From Mobula hypostoma (Eukaryota): a stretch of DNA of 64,000 nucleotides. Where the stretch lies: positions 123,010,001-123,074,000 of the forward strand of contig NC_086097.1 of the NCBI RefSeq assembly GCF_963921235.1. Reading direction: 5' to 3'. The translations under genes were made by a program, and so were the position numbers. Below the pieces are notes generated by a model. It saw only the letters and a list, made by a program, of their open reading frames with translations. It searched no databases and was not told the origin of the DNA. This document shows, piece by piece, positions 12,840 to 26,395 of this stretch (position 1 is the stretch's first letter; each line of letters begins with the position of its first letter).

Positions 12840-13560
12840 TTGCTTTTTTTTAATTATCTCCGTTGATCGGAGGCTGTGAATTGGTTGGTTTTAACTTTTT
12901 CGTGCCCTATTTGGGCAGAAAAGTTTACTTTTGATTTCTTAATATGGTTGCTAAACTTTCTTTTTAACTGCGTCATTTCTTTCTTTCCCCAGGGGATTCT
13001 GGGTGGTTACTTCCCTTTTGTCATCTTATGTATTTCCTGTGTGGCCTTAAATTTTGTAGTTTTTTTAAAATTTTATTCTGTTTTGCTTTTTATAACCACT
13101 TTATGTCAATAATCTTATTGTTTCTTGTTGCTGTGTCTATTCATGGGTTTGAGGTTTATTGTGGTTTTTTTTTAATATATATTTTCCGGCTTTTGTTCTG
13201 TTCTGTGTGTATTTTAATTGAGCTACCTTTTTTTTTTACTTTTTTACTGTTTTATAATTAGCTGATCCTTTTTCATATTTATACCTTTTTTTTTAGGGAG
13301 CGTATACCGGAAGTCACGGGGGTAGTTTTAGCGCTTGCTTCTTTCTGGCGGGTCTGCTTTAGATTTTGCCTTGGGGTCTTGGGGTGGGAGGTGGTGGGAG
13401 GGGCTTCACGTTTTAGTTTGTTTCTCTTTGGGCTATATACATTATTGAAGTACTGGTTGCGTCCTTTTTCCCGGTATCTTTTGTATGTTCTGTTTCCTCT
13501 CCGGGTTTGTGGGTCGCGCCTATCGTCAATCCTCCTTGTTGTGGGTTGACTTTAGGATTT

Positions 13561-16500
13561 ATGGAGTCTATTATTAATTTTGTCTCCTGGAATACTAATG
13601 GTCTTAATCATCCTATTAAAAGGAAAAAAGTTTTTAAAGTGCTCCGGAGACTTAAAACACAAATTTTATTTTTACAAGAGACCCATGTACGGAGGGGGGA
13701 CAGACTACGTTTTTTCAAATTCTGGAAGGGACAACAATTTCATTCGAACTCCAATGCTAAGATTCGAGGCGTCTCTATTTTTATAGATTCCTCAGTTACT
13801 TTTATACAACAGGATATTATTTCTGATCCGAATGGTAGATTTTTATTGGTTAGTGGTTTACTATTTAATAAAAAAGTAGTTTTGGTTAATGTTTATGCTC
13901 CTAATATGGATTGTCCGGAATTTTATAAATCATTGTTCGATCAGTTTCCGAATTTGAACGAGTTTTCATTGATCTGGGGCGGAGATCTTAATACCTGTTT
14001 GTCTCCAGCTTTGGACCGTTCGGCTCCTTTACGGACTTTACCTAATAAATCTGCAAATTTGATTAATTTTTTCCTTTCTGATTCTGGGTCGACGGACATT
14101 TGGCGTTTTCTGCATCCTCAGGAAAAAGATTTTTCCTTCTTTTCACATGTTCATTATTCCTATTCAAGAATTGATTATTTTTTCATTGATTCTCGTCTTA
14201 TTCCTTCAGTGATTAAATGTGATTATGATTCTATAACCATTTCGGATCATGCTCCACTTAAGCTCTCTATTAAAATTATGGCCAATATACCGAATAATAG
14301 ACAATGGCGTTTTAATTCGCTGTTGCTTCAGGACTCGGACTTTGTTAATTTTATGAATGAACAGATTGAGCTTTTTTTTACAATTAACCATACAGAAGAT
14401 ATTTCGGTTAACACTCTTTGGGACACTTTTAAAGCCTATATTCGGGGTCAGATTATTTCGTATTCTGTTGCTCTGAGGAAGAAACAGAAGCAGGAGGAGA
14501 TGGTAATTGTGGACAAGATTAAAGAAATTGATAAGAAATATGTTATGGCTCCTTCTGAGGAGTTATATAAACAAAGAACTGAACTTCAAATGGAACACAG
14601 TTTACTACTCTCGTCCTCGATTGTAAACCAATTAAAGAAAACAAGAAGTGACTTTTATGTTCACAGTGACAAAATTGGCAAGCTGCTGGCTAATCAATTG
14701 AAATCTAATTATGTTAAATCTCAAATCAATCAGATTTATAACCAAAATGATCGATTGATACTGGATCATGTGGGGATTAATCAAACCTTTTGTGATTTTT
14801 ATTCTTCTTTATATCAATCAGAGTCTCCTCGAGATTCTAAATATATGAATGATTTTTTAGATAAGTTAGACTTCCCTCAGATTTCACAGGATATGTCTTC
14901 CTTATTAGATACTTCCATTACAATGGATGAGATTAAGAATGTTATTTTTTCTATGAATCTGGGGAAAGCTCCTGGCCCTGATGGGTTTACCGTTGAATTT
15001 TATAAATGTTTTGCTTCTTTATTGATTCCTTGGCTCGGTAGGGTTTTTGAGGCTTCTTTGAAACTTGGTAAACTTCCTGAATCTTTTAATAGAGCATCAA
15101 TTTCTCTAATACTAAAGAAGGATAAAGACCCTGCTCAATGTGCATCTTATAGACCAATATCTTTATTAAATGTTGATTCTAAAGTTTTTTCTAAGTTATT
15201 AGCAAATAGACTAGAAAAAGTACTTCCTTCTATTATTTCGGAGGACCAAACGGGTTTTATTAAAGGTCGTTACTCTTTTTATAATATTCGTACATTGTTA
15301 AATATCGTTTATACTCCCTCACAAAATGTTCCTGAGTGTGTTATTTCTTTAGATGCCGAGAAAGCTTTTGATAGAGTAGAATGGCCTTATTTATTTAAGG
15401 TGCTTGAAATGTTTAATTTTAGCTTGAGATTTATATCCTGGATTAAACTGTTATATCACTCCCCTGTAGCCTCGGTTCGTACTAACTCTTTAAACTCACC
15501 TTTTTTTCCTCTTTTTCGTGGTACTCGACAAGGCTGTCCTCTTAGTCCCCTATTATTTGATATTGCATTAGAACCTCTTGCAATTGCTATTCGAGAATCT
15601 TCAAATATTACTGGGATAACTCAGGGATTAAAGTCCCATAAATTATCACTCTATGCTGATGATTTACTTTTATATATTTCTAATCCTGAAAGATCCATTC
15701 CTGCTGTTTTAGAGTTATTAGCACAATTTGGTCTTTTCTCAGGTTATAAATTAAATCTTAGTAAGAGTGAACTTTTTCCGATTAATAAACATCTTCCCTT
15801 ATATTATAAATTTCCATTTAAATTGATTAATAATTACTTTTCATATCTTGGGATTAAAATTACTTGTAAATACAAAGATTTATTTAAGACTAACTTTTTA
15901 CCATTAATAGACCATATTACTCAACTTTCATCTAAATGGTTTCCTTTATATTTAACTTTGATTGGTCGTATTAATGCGGTTAAGATGTTTTTTTTGCCAA
16001 AATTTTTATATGTGTTTCAGGCATTACCAATTTTCGTTCCAAAATCTTTTTTTGATAAAGTTGACTCTAAAATTTCTTCATTTATTTGGCAGAATAAGAA
16101 TCCGAGACTGGGTAAAATACATTTACAGAAAGCTAAGAGAGATGGAGGTTTAGCATTACCTAACTTCAGATTCTATTATTGGGCTATTAATATTCGACAT
16201 ATGAAATTTTGGTTACTTGACCAGGACATACTATCTATTCCTAAATGGGTAGCATTGGAATTACAATCGGTTCAGGGTTATACACTTGGTTCTATTTTAG
16301 GCTCCTCTCTCCCTTTTGATTCGAAACGTCTTAAGCAGGTCTCTAACCCGATAGTTAAATATGCTTTGCGCATTTGGTTTCAATTCAGAAAATTTTTTGA
16401 TCTTAATCAATTCAGGTTAGCGACTCCTATTTTAGGTAACATATTTTTTCCTCCCTCTTTTACGGATCGCGCTTTTCAAACTTGGAAGACTAAGGGTATT

Positions 16501-17337
16501 TTACGGTTTTTGGATTTATTTTTAGATGGTTCCCTTATGTCTTTTGAACAATTATCTAATAAATATAACTTATCAAGAATACATTTTTTTAGATATTTAC
16601 AAGTTAGAAATGTCCTAAGTACTATACTTTCTTCCTTTCCAATGCTTCCTCCTACATATATTTTAGATTCGATAATTAACCTTAATCCATGTCAGAAAGG
16701 TGCATCGGCTATGATTTATAATATTATTATGAAACTTAGGAAAGCTCCATTTGATAAGATTAGGGTAGATTGGGAACAGGAATTGGGGCTTACCATTTCT
16801 GTGGATGACTGGGGGCAGATTTTACAATTAGTTAATACTTCCTCTATTTGTGCTAAACATTCCCTAATTCAATTTAAAGTGGTTCATAGAGCACATATGT
16901 CCAAAGATAAGTTAGCGCGTTTTTACTCGCATATTAATCCTTTCTGTGATAGATGTTCGGGGCAGATAGCCTCTTTAACTCATATGTTTTGGTCTTGCCC
17001 TGCTTTGGAAACTTTTTGGAGAGATATTTTCAATATTATTTCTAAGGTATTAAATATAGATATCTCTCCTCACCCTATTACTGCTATCTTTGGACTATCT
17101 AAAATTTCTAGTAATCTTTCCCCTTCAGCCCGTTGAATGATTGCATTTCTTACTTTAATGGCGAAAAGATGTATTTTACAACATTGGAAAGAGCTTAATG
17201 CTCCAACTACCTTTTTTTGGTTTTCTCAGACGATTTTATGTTTGAATTTGGAGAAAATTAGAAGTAACCTTTATGATTCTTCATTTAAATTTGAACAGAT
17301 TTGGGGACCTTTTATTCGATATTTTCATTTGATGTAA
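13561..17337 (+). CDS. L1 ORF2p (APE endonuclease, reverse transcriptase, CCHC knuckle), one in-frame TGA at 17134-17136
   Basis: Endonuclease motifs SWNTNGL, LQETH, GDLN, SRIDY, SDH. RT motifs KAPGPDG, YRPISL, LDAEKAFD, GTRQGCPLSP, YADD, YLGI. Knuckle CDRC-x8-HMFWSC. The frame continues to 17337 after the stop. Confidence 0.96.
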
Positions 17338-17759
17338 TATTTACCCTTCTTGTTTTTTTTTCACTGTTTTTAATGGAGGTCGGGATTGAGGACGTGATTT
17401 TAAGTTTAACTCTGTTTGGTTTCAAGTTAGCCCATTGCTTTGCTTTGCTTTTAGTTAGCTGCACGGTGGGTTTTTTTTGGGGGTTTTTTTTTCTTTTTTC
17501 TTCCATTGATATATATAAAATTTAGTATACTATTATGTTATCTTGGTTTCTTATGTTTAAATTACATTGTAGTAATTTCTTTTTGGTATTGATATCTTTT
17601 GGAATTTTATTATACTTTAACATTGTATTAATGTTTATATGGCTTACCTTTTTTGTATACTTACTCAATAAAAAGATTTAAAAAGAAAAAGAAAGAAAGA
17701 GTTGCTGGTAAGGATGGCGAATGCAATGTTACCACTCATTTTGAAAGGAGTAGAATAAT

Positions 17760-19260
17760 AATGTCAAAAAAGGCAGTCCCAATACTGACTTCTGTGGAAC
17801 ACTAGTCACTGGGAGCCACGCACAATAGGCCCTTTATTCCAACTCTGTCTCCTGCCAATCAGCCAATCTTCTATCTATGCTGGTATCTTTCCTGTAATAT
17901 ATAGGCTCTTACCTTGTTAAGCAACCTCATGTGCAGCACATTGTCAAAGGCCATCTTAAAATCCAAGTAAACAACATCCATTGACTCTCCTTTGTCTATC
18001 CTGCCTGTCATTTTCTCAAAGAATTCCAACAGATTTGTCAGGCAAGATCTCTCCTTAAGGAAGCCATGCTGACTCTGGCCTATTTTATCATGTCCCTCCA
18101 AGTACCCTAAAACTTCATCCTTAATAATGGACTCCAACATCTCCCCAACTATTGAACTCAGACTAACTGCCCTATAACTTCCTTTCCTCTGCCTCCCTCC
18201 CTTCTTAAAGAGTGGGCTGATATTTGCAGTTTTCCAGACTTTCAGAACCATTCCAGAATATAGCGATTCTAATGGCTCCACAATGTCTTCAGCTATCTTT
18301 TTCTCAGAGACCTGGTGTGTAGTCCAACCTGTCAAGGTGACTTATCTACACCTTTAGATCTTTCAGCTTCCCAAGTACCTGCTCCTTAGTAATAGCAACT
18401 AAACTCACTTCTGCCCCCGACACTCTTGAATTTCTGGCACGCTGCCAGTGTCTTCCACAGTGAAGACTGATGCAAAATACTTATTAAATTTGTCAGTCAT
18501 TTCTTGATCATCCTTTAGTACCTTCTCCAGCATCAGTCTGCGGTGGTCTGATATCCACTCTTGACTCTCTTTCACTCTTTATACAGTATATTTGAAAAAA
18601 AACTTTTGGTATCATCTTTGATATTATTGGCTAGCTTACCTTCATATTTCATCTTTATTCTGTCTTACAGTTTTTTAGGTGCCTTCTGTTGGTTTTTAAA
18701 AGCATCTAATCCTCTAGCTTCCCACTAATTTTTGCTATATTATATGACTTCCCTTTTGCTTTTATGCTGTCTTTGACCTTCTCTCTGAGCCAACATTGTC
18801 TTATCCTCCCTCTAGAATACTTCTTCATCTTTGGGATGAACCCTGCACTCTGGGTGCGACAATCTCAGCAAGTGTCTCATCTGTGAAGCCTTCGCCCCCT
18901 CCCAGATGGTTCTGAATACATCCAGCTCCAGTTCTTTGATCCTGTCAGTCAGAAACAGGAGTTGCAGGCTGTTCCTGCAGATATAATCATCAGGGAGACT
19001 GTTAGGTACCGTGAAATCCCACATTAAACTGCAGGTGCATTCGACTGTCTGAGCTACCATACTGCCTACACTTGCTATGCCTCCAACTTCTCAAGTTTAA
19101 GTTCTAGCCTGCAACTGTCCTCGCCCAGGGTTGTTGAGCCAAAGCCTGACCAGTCTAACACCGGACCACTCCCACAATGGCTGCTCCACTTAAACCTTGC
19201 TTCTTTTTATTGGCCCTTGCTAAATTACTATTAATCTAAGCAGTCTCTGACTCCACAGGT
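17760..19260 (-). mobile_element. internally deleted CR1/HER1-like LINE (ORF1 N-terminal remnant plus RT fragment)
   Basis: RT peptide WKTANISPLFKKG..SQHGFLKERSCLTNLLEFF..VYLDFKMAFD. ORF1-like VECTCSLMW..PDDYICRN.LQL..DRIKELELD at 18812-19060. Confidence 0.8.
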
Positions 19261-19410
19261 AAGTCTTGATAGGCCTGGCTAGCTTTTTAAAAATGCCACG
19301 TGAACTCCACAAGGAACTATCTCCAACTCCCCCTGTGATCCCCCGCTCCACAGACAATGCCCTAGAGGCCCCATTTGCTTTTCAAAACTGGTGTGAATAG
19401 TCCACAAGTA

Positions 19411-20043
19411 CAGTGCCTATAAAAAGTATTTGTCTCCCTTGGAAGTTTTCTTGTTTTATTGTTTTACAACATTGAACCACAATGGATTTAATTTGGCTTT
19501 CTTGACACTGATCAAAAGACTCTTTTCTGTCAAAGTGAAAACAGATCTCTACAAAATTATCTAAATTAATTACAAATGTAAAACACAAAATAATTGATTG
19601 CATAAGTATTTTTGTATCCATGTCCTGACTTGTGCTTCTCAATAACCTTTTTGCGTGGTTGCTTGCAGTTTTATTTTGTCTTCATGGTGTAGTTTTTGCC
19701 AGGATACTGACTCACCAGCAGCTGGACCTTCCAGATACAGGTGCATTTTTACTACAATCAATTGAAACACCTTGACTGCACATGGTGATCTCCATTTAAC
19801 TAATTATGTGACTTCTAAAACCAATTGGCTGCACCACTGATGATGTAGTGTGCCATATTAAAGGGGGTGAAAACTTATGCAATCAATTATTTTTGTGTTT
19901 TATATTTGTAATCAAGTTAGGTCACTTCACAGAGATATGTTTTCAGTTTGACATGAAAGGCCAAATTAAATCCACTGTGACAATGTTGTAAAACAATAAA
20001 ACATGAAAACTTGTAAGGGGGTGAATGCTTTTTATAGGCACTG
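19411..20043. mobile_element. non-autonomous Tc1-like element with long TIRs
   Basis: TA|CAGTGCCTATAAAAAGTATT ... AATGCTTTTTATAGGCACTG|TA; imperfect inverted repeats of roughly 200 bp; no transposase. Confidence 0.9.
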
Positions 20044-20094
20044 TAACTGTCTCCAACTCTAGGTTACCTGAAGTTGAAAGCTAATCCAATTTTA

Positions 20095-20408
20095 GATTAG
20101 CTTTTAACTTAACTTGCTTCTGTCACACGTACATCGAAACAAACAGTGAAATACGTCGACTGTGTCAACAATCAACGCAGCCTGAGTGTTCCCACACTTC
20201 CAGTGCCAAAATGGCATGCGAACAACTTACTAATTCTAACCCATATGTCTTTGGAATTTGGGAGGAAACCAGAGCACTTGGATGAAACCCACGTTGTCAC
20301 GAGCAGAACCTCTACAAACTGCTTACAGGCAGCGGCAGAAATTGAACCTGCTCGGTGTTCGCTTGTGCTGTAAAGTGCTGCGCTAGCTGCTACACTAACA
20401 TGCCGCCC
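20095..20408 (-). mobile_element. V-SINE-like tRNA SINE
   Basis: Reverse complement starts GGGCGGCATGTTAGTGTAGCAGCTAG, with B-box-like GGTTCAATTTC and the V-domain core. Confidence 0.65.
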
Positions 20409-21044
20409 TGCAACTTTATTGGCTGCCTACACTGCACTTTCTCTGTAACTGTATCACTCTATTCTGTATTCTCTCTTTGCTTTTTCCCTTCCCAGATACT
20501 GATGGGGTGAAATGATCCATACGGATGGATTGCAAAACTGTACCCGGCTACTTGAGACAATAATAAACCAATTACAATTACCATCTGCAATTGCACTGTA
20601 AATTCATTATAAGATAAACACATAATAAATAATAAATGTAATAGATCATTTAATATATAAATACATAATAAGGACATATCATAATAAGATAGTATTTCCG
20701 AGGAACTCAACTTCTTTGTTAAAAAATATTGTCATGAAAAGTCTTTCCTTGTTCTGTACTATTATGGTAATGGCTCCTGTCCAAGTAGATGGAAACAGCT
20801 TCACAATTATTTATTTCACAGCATGAAATGGCAAATCATTACTGCCGAGTAACACACATAAATCGATGCTTCAGGCACAGAAATACATTTCCAGTATGTT
20901 CCTGAATGATTTAATGCACTAAAATTCAAATTAATTCCATAGTTTAAGTATGTTTTTCAGTATTATATTTACTTCTGCAAACTCCATTAGCATGAACATA
21001 CACTCAGCAGCTACTTTATTAGGTACACCTGCTCTTTAATGCAA

Positions 21045-21335
21045 ACCATATAACCATATAACAATTACAGCATGGAAACAGGCCATCTCGGCCCTTCTAG
21101 TCCGTGCCGAAATCTTACTCTCACCTAGTCCCACTGACCTGCACTCAGCCCATAACCCTCCATTCTTTTCCTGTCCATATAGTGATCTAATTTAACTTTA
21201 AATGACAACATCGAACCTGCCTCAACCACTTCTGCTGGAAGCTCGTTCCACACAGCTACCACTCTCTGAGTAAAGAAGTTCCCCCTCATGTTACCCCTAA
21301 ACTTTTGCCCTTTAACCCTTTAACTCTCAACTCAA
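21045..21335 (-). mobile_element. CR1-like 3' end with (TATGGTTA)-type tail, inserted after a Tc1 MITE end (21001-21044)
   Basis: AACCATATAACCATATAAC tail followed by the CR1 3' UTR in reverse orientation. Confidence 0.7.
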
Positions 21336-21914
21336 TTCCAGTTGGACAAGTCTCATGGACAGTCAGACAGTTCAGTACTGTGTGTCTGGCATCCCTGAAT
21401 TTAAACGTTTAAACATTGGCAGCTATTTCATCAACTAAAGATGGGATTTTGAGTTCACCTTTGTGCATCTCTCTTGTCTTCTGAGATGCTCCCAACATGT
21501 TCTCCTTAAGCTTTTGGACACTTGCCCTGTTACTGACTTATGAGACTGAATCAGAATCAGGTTACTATTTCAAGGCTCCTGTACAACCTCTTTGGTAGCA
21601 ATGAGAACAGGGCATGTCCTGAGTGGTGGGGGTCACCAACGATGGATACCGCTTTTTTTTTGGAAGCATTGCATTTTGAAGATGCCCACGACGCCGCGGA
21701 GCCTAGCGCCCATAATGGAGTTGGCTGAATTTGCAACTCTCTACCACTCCCTCTGATCCTGTGCAATGGCCCCTCCAAGCGAAGCAGTGATGCAACCAGT
21801 TATCCATGATACATCTGTAGAAATCTGAAATATGGCCAGTGAGTCACTATGAAATGAAGCTCTTTGTGCAGGCAGAATGCACCATGTTTCATTGTAGACT
21901 TAAGCTGTAATTTT

Positions 21915-22113
21915 AAACACAAGATATTCTGAAAAAATAGGAAATCCAGACTAACACACAGAAAATGCTGGAGGAACTTAGCAGACCAGGGAGTATCTAT
22001 GGAAAGGAATAAAGAGCAGGAGTTTCATGCTGAGACTGGACTCAGTACTGATGAAGGGTCTTGGCCCAAAACGTCAGCTCTTTATTCCTCTCCATCTCTG
22101 CCGCCTGACCTGC
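21915..22113. mobile_element. Penelope-derived inverted-repeat element with degenerate hammerhead motif
   Basis: Left arm AAAATGCTGGAGGAACTTAGCAG..ATCTATGGAAAGGAATAAA. Right arm CAGTA-CTGATGA-AGGGTCTTGGCCC-AAAAC-GTC-AGCTC-TTTATTCC. Confidence 0.65.
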
Positions 22114-23149
22114 AGAGCTGTAATTTTACTTCTGTTGTGATTTTTAACCTACGAAGTAATACCAAACCCATCAGGGAAGTTTACAGAACTGTATTTCCTG
22201 GGTAGATATAAGCAATTATTTCTTGCTGAATTTGTAAAGTCTGTATTTAAAGATCTTAATTTGCTGCACCATTACTGTCCTTTCATTGCTTTTATTTCTC
22301 TTGGGATGAAGCTCCAATGCTTTGTGGGTTATTTTAAAAAGGTAAATAATTGGTTTTGGAGCAATGCCAACAATGTCTTCAGATGACTACTATTAACATG
22401 GCAATATGGAAAATATAGCCATGAGCTCCATCAAAAGACCAGAAGAAAATAGAAGCAGGAGTCAGCACTTGGCCTCCTAAGGCAGCCTTACCATTCAATG
22501 TGATCACAGCTGATCTGCCACAGGCCTTTTTATTCTGCTCGGTGTCAGATCTCCATAGCATTTTATTCCCTAATCTTTCAAAAATTCATCAATTTCCTCT
22601 TTAAATAACCCCACTGAAAGTGCTCCACCACGTCTGGAGTAGGAAATGGATCATCCCGTTTGCAGCAAGTCATTAGAATTTCTGCAGATCTATTCCAGAG
22701 CTAGACCTCAGAACATACGTGGTAAACATATTCAGCATTTTCAATTTCTACAGGTTACAGTTTTCCCTTGCTCAGTTAGAAGTACGTACAGCTCCTGCAT
22801 AAGGTTGAGCTTTTGGAGACCATCGGGAAGGATTTGTCAGGGCCACTGTCACCTGGCCACATTTCCCACTGGCAAACAGTTTGGCCTCGGAACCGGACAC
22901 GGTAGCCTAACGGCTGGTGCAATGCTTTTACAGTGCCACCAACCCAGGTCTATTCCCCACTGCTGTCTGAAATAAATTTGTACATTCTCCCCGTGAGCAG
23001 ATGGGATTCCTCTGGGTGCCGACGGGTTGTGCGCCATCTGTGGGGGGGGTGGGGGGGGCGAGGATTTATCCACATTTCAGACCGAAACCCTGCATGCATC
23101 CTCGGCATTTTCATTTCAGCCGGATCTGTCCTGAGACCAGCAGGTAAGT

Positions 23150-23842
23150 GCCATTGCAAAGAAGGCAGAGCAGCGCCTCTACTCACTTAGATCTTTGCGC
23201 CGATTCTGCATATCATCTAAAACTCTGACAGACTTCTACAGATGTACAGTGGAAAGGATCCTGACTGGTTGCATCAGGACCAGGGATGGAAACACCAATG
23301 TCCATGAATGGAAAAGCCTTCAAAAAGTGGTGAATACAGCCCAGTCCATCACAGGAAATGCCCTCCCCATCATTGAGCACATGAACAAGGTATGCTGATG
23401 CAAGAATGCAGCATCCATTATCAAGCACCCCCACCATCCAGACCGTGCTCTCTTCTCACTACTACCATCAGGCAGGAGGTGCAGGAACTTTAGGTCCCAC
23501 ACCACCAGGTGCAGGAACAGTTATTACCCTTTCAACATCAGGTGCCTGAACTAACGTAGATAACCTCACTCACCTTAATACTATGGACTCACATTCTACA
23601 ACTCATGTTCTCTTTTTTTCCTTTTTTATCTATTATTTGTTTTTTTTCTTGTAATTGCACAGTTTGTCGTCTTACGCACATTGGTTGTTTCTCCATTTTT
23701 GTTTATGTGCAATCTGTTTTTTGCTTCTATTGCATTTCTTTGTATCTACTATGAATGCCCAAAAGAAAATGAATCTCAGGATACTACATGGTAACATATA
23801 CGTACTTTTATAATAAAGTTAATTTGGACATTTGAACTTTGA
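23150..23842 (+). mobile_element. Rex1/Babar-like LINE 3' fragment
   Basis: LRRFCISSKTLTDFYRCTVERILTGCI...LQKVVNTAQSITG peptide; TTTGAACTTTGA tail. Confidence 0.8.
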
Positions 23843-24434
23843 TCTGTCCTAGTCTAGATTCCAGTATCTCCAATCTAGAGCTGAATATGGATAAAGGAGA
23901 TTTGGCTTGTTGTAAAATCTCTACTTGATTATTAATATTCAGATATGCTTGACATTGAATAACATTTATGAACTCTTACCTTTGATGTAAACAATTTGTA
24001 ACAAAAATGTAATGTTACATGAAATGCATATTACTTTTCTGTAACATTCATTTCCCCAAAAATATCAATCAGTCCCATGACTACATCTGGTTTTCTTAGG
24101 GTTGACCTCCAATGTTTTGTGACCAATTTTTAGTGAAGGTTTACTTCATAAACTTTTTCCCTATAAAGACCCATCCCAACCCAACATTCACTCTTCTCCT
24201 GCCTCCACTGGGCAGAAGATACAAAAGCTTGAAAGCACACACCACCAGACTCAACGGCAGTTTCTATCCTGCTGTAGTACGACTCTTGAATGGACCTCTA
24301 TTCAATAAAGATAAACTCTTGACCTCACAACCCACCTGTTCTTAGGGTGTTGCACCTTATTGGCTACTCGCACTGCACTTTCCACAACTATAACTGTAAC
24401 ATTATATTTGGCGTTTTCTTTTTTTTTCCTTTTG

Positions 24435-24720
24435 TATATAGGCATCCGTTAGACTCGTGAGACCATGGATTTGCGTCTTGGAAGGTTTCCAGGGTGCAGG
24501 CCTGGGCAAGGTTGTATGCAAGTCTCCCCTCTCCACGCCACCAATGTTGTCCAAGGGAAGGGCACTAGGGCCGATACAGCTTGGCACCGACGTCATCACA
24601 GAGCAATGTATGGTTAAGTGCCTTGCTCAAGGACACAACACGCTGCCTCAGCTGAGGCTCGAACTAGCGACATTCAGATCACTAGACTGACGCCTTAACC
24701 ACTTGGCCACACAGCAACAC
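24435..24720 (-). mobile_element. tRNA-derived SINE (second family), copy 1
   Basis: Minus strand has A-box TGGCCAAGTGG, B-box AGTTCGAGCC and core TGTGTCCTTGAGCAAGGCACTTAACC. Near-identical to 42297-42619. Confidence 0.8.
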
Positions 24721-24949
24721 TTGACTTCAGCATACTTAGGTTTTGAAGTGATCTGTATGTATGGTACGCAAGACAAAGCCTTTTCTCTGTATCGCAGCAC
24801 ATGTGATAATAGTCAACCAATTACCAGTTCCAATTGAGATCAATGGGGTCTCACATCCTGACAATTTTGGGTTAGAGTCATAGAGTCCTACAGCACAGAA
24901 ACAGATCTTTTGGCCCATCTAGTTCATACTAAACTATCATTATCCCTAG

Positions 24950-25520
24950 TCCTAAGAAATCTGGGAATACAGATCAACAACTCCTTGAAAGTGGTGCCAC
25001 AGGCAGATTGGGTCATAAACGGAGCCTTTGGGCTTCATAGATTCAAATATTGAGTACAGCAGTTAGGATGTTAGTTTGAAGTTGTATATGACATTGGTGA
25101 GACCAAATTTGGAGTATCGTGTGCAGTTCTGGTCGTCTACCTACAGGAAAGATATTAATAAACTTTAAAGAGTTCGGAGAAAATATACAAGGACATTGCC
25201 AGGACTTGAGGATCTGAGTTATAGGGAAAGGTTGAATAGGTTAGCACTTTATTCCTTGGAGCATTGAAGAATGAGGGAGATTGGATAAAGTTGTACAAAG
25301 TTATGGATGGTAAATGAAAGCAGGCTCCTTCCACTGAGATTGGGTGAGGCTAGAACTGGAGGTTGTAGGATAAGGGTGAAAAGTGTAATTTTTAAGGGAA
25401 CATGAGGGAGAACTTCACTCAGAGGGTAGTGCGAGCTGCCAGTGGAAGTGGTAAATGCAGGTTCAATTGCAATGTTTAAGAGAAGTACATGGATGAGTGG
25501 GATGGTTATGGAGGGCTTTA
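24950..25520 (+). mobile_element. CR1-like LINE 3' fragment
   Basis: Decayed KLY.TLVRPNLEYRVQFWS region. Confidence 0.7.
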
Positions 25521-25789
25521 ACACAAGTGTGGGTTCTACCACTAGATTCCATGAGGAATCCAAACGCAATACATGTGCAGAGATTTTGGTCCGTCAGTTC
25601 TGAATGTTCACTGTCACTGGTACTCGCCTAGACATCTGCAATTTAACTCCACCTTCAACAGCTGAATGCCAGCAGTTCCAATTAGAGCTCCTGGCAATAG
25701 TCAGTGAGATCTGGCATAATGCAGAATGAAGTCACACAACAGTACCAGAAGGCAACATCGTTCACAGATGATGAATGTCAGAACCATGC

Positions 25790-26395
25790 ATCAGAGTCAG
25801 AATCAGGCTCAATATCACTGGCCTATGTTGTGAAATGTGTTGTATTGTGACAGCAGTACATTGCAATACATAATAAAAAATATAAATTACAATAAGGAAG
25901 ATATATAAAGACATAAATAAAAAACCAAATGAAAGAAAAAAGAGTGAGGTAATGTACATGTGTTCATCGTCCATTCAGAAATCTGATGGCAGAGGGGCAG
26001 AAGCTGTTCCTACAAACATTGAGTGTGTGTCTTCAGACTCCTGTACCTCCTCTCTGATGAAGGCGTGACTTAATGATGGGGGTCCTCAATGATGGATGGC
26101 GCCTTTTTGAGGCGTCACCTTTTGGAAACGTCTGCGACGCTGGGGAGGCAAGTGCCTGCTACGGAACTGGCTGAGTTTACAACTTCCCGCTGCGTTTTCT
26201 GATCCTGTGCAGTGGCCCTCTCTGTACCAGATGGTGATGCAACCAGTTAGAATGCTCAGCACAGTACGTCTGCAGAAATTTGCGAGAGTCTTTGGTAACA
26301 TACCAAGCCTCCTCAAACTCCTGATGGAATATAACCACTGGCGAGTCTTCTTTGTAATTGCAGCAAAATGTTGGGCCCAGGGTAGCTCTTCAGAA
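25790..26395 (-). mobile_element. Rex1/Babar-like LINE 3' fragment
   Basis: LRRLGMLPKTLANFCRRTVLSILTGCITIWY peptide; (TTCTGA)-type tail. Confidence 0.75.

Larger units (their letters stand above)
11783..17698 (+). mobile_element. full-length L1-clade non-LTR retrotransposon
   Basis: Perfect 12-bp TSD GAGTTGCTGGTA at 11771-11782 and 17699-17710. Contains a 5' UTR, ORF1, a 721-bp inter-ORF spacer, ORF2 and a 3' UTR, with AATAAA at 17667-17672 and an A/GAAA tail. Confidence 0.97.

Noticed and set aside
12582..17136. Programmed stop-codon readthrough in the L1 ORFs
   Set aside because: Neither TGA has a TGA-C readthrough context, and CpG decay of CGA is a simpler explanation.
25628..25710. Possible minus-strand exon with a GC donor (ISLTIARSSNWNCWHSAVEGGVKLQMS)
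   Set aside because: Fits only the alternative frame model and needs a non-canonical donor; no independent support.
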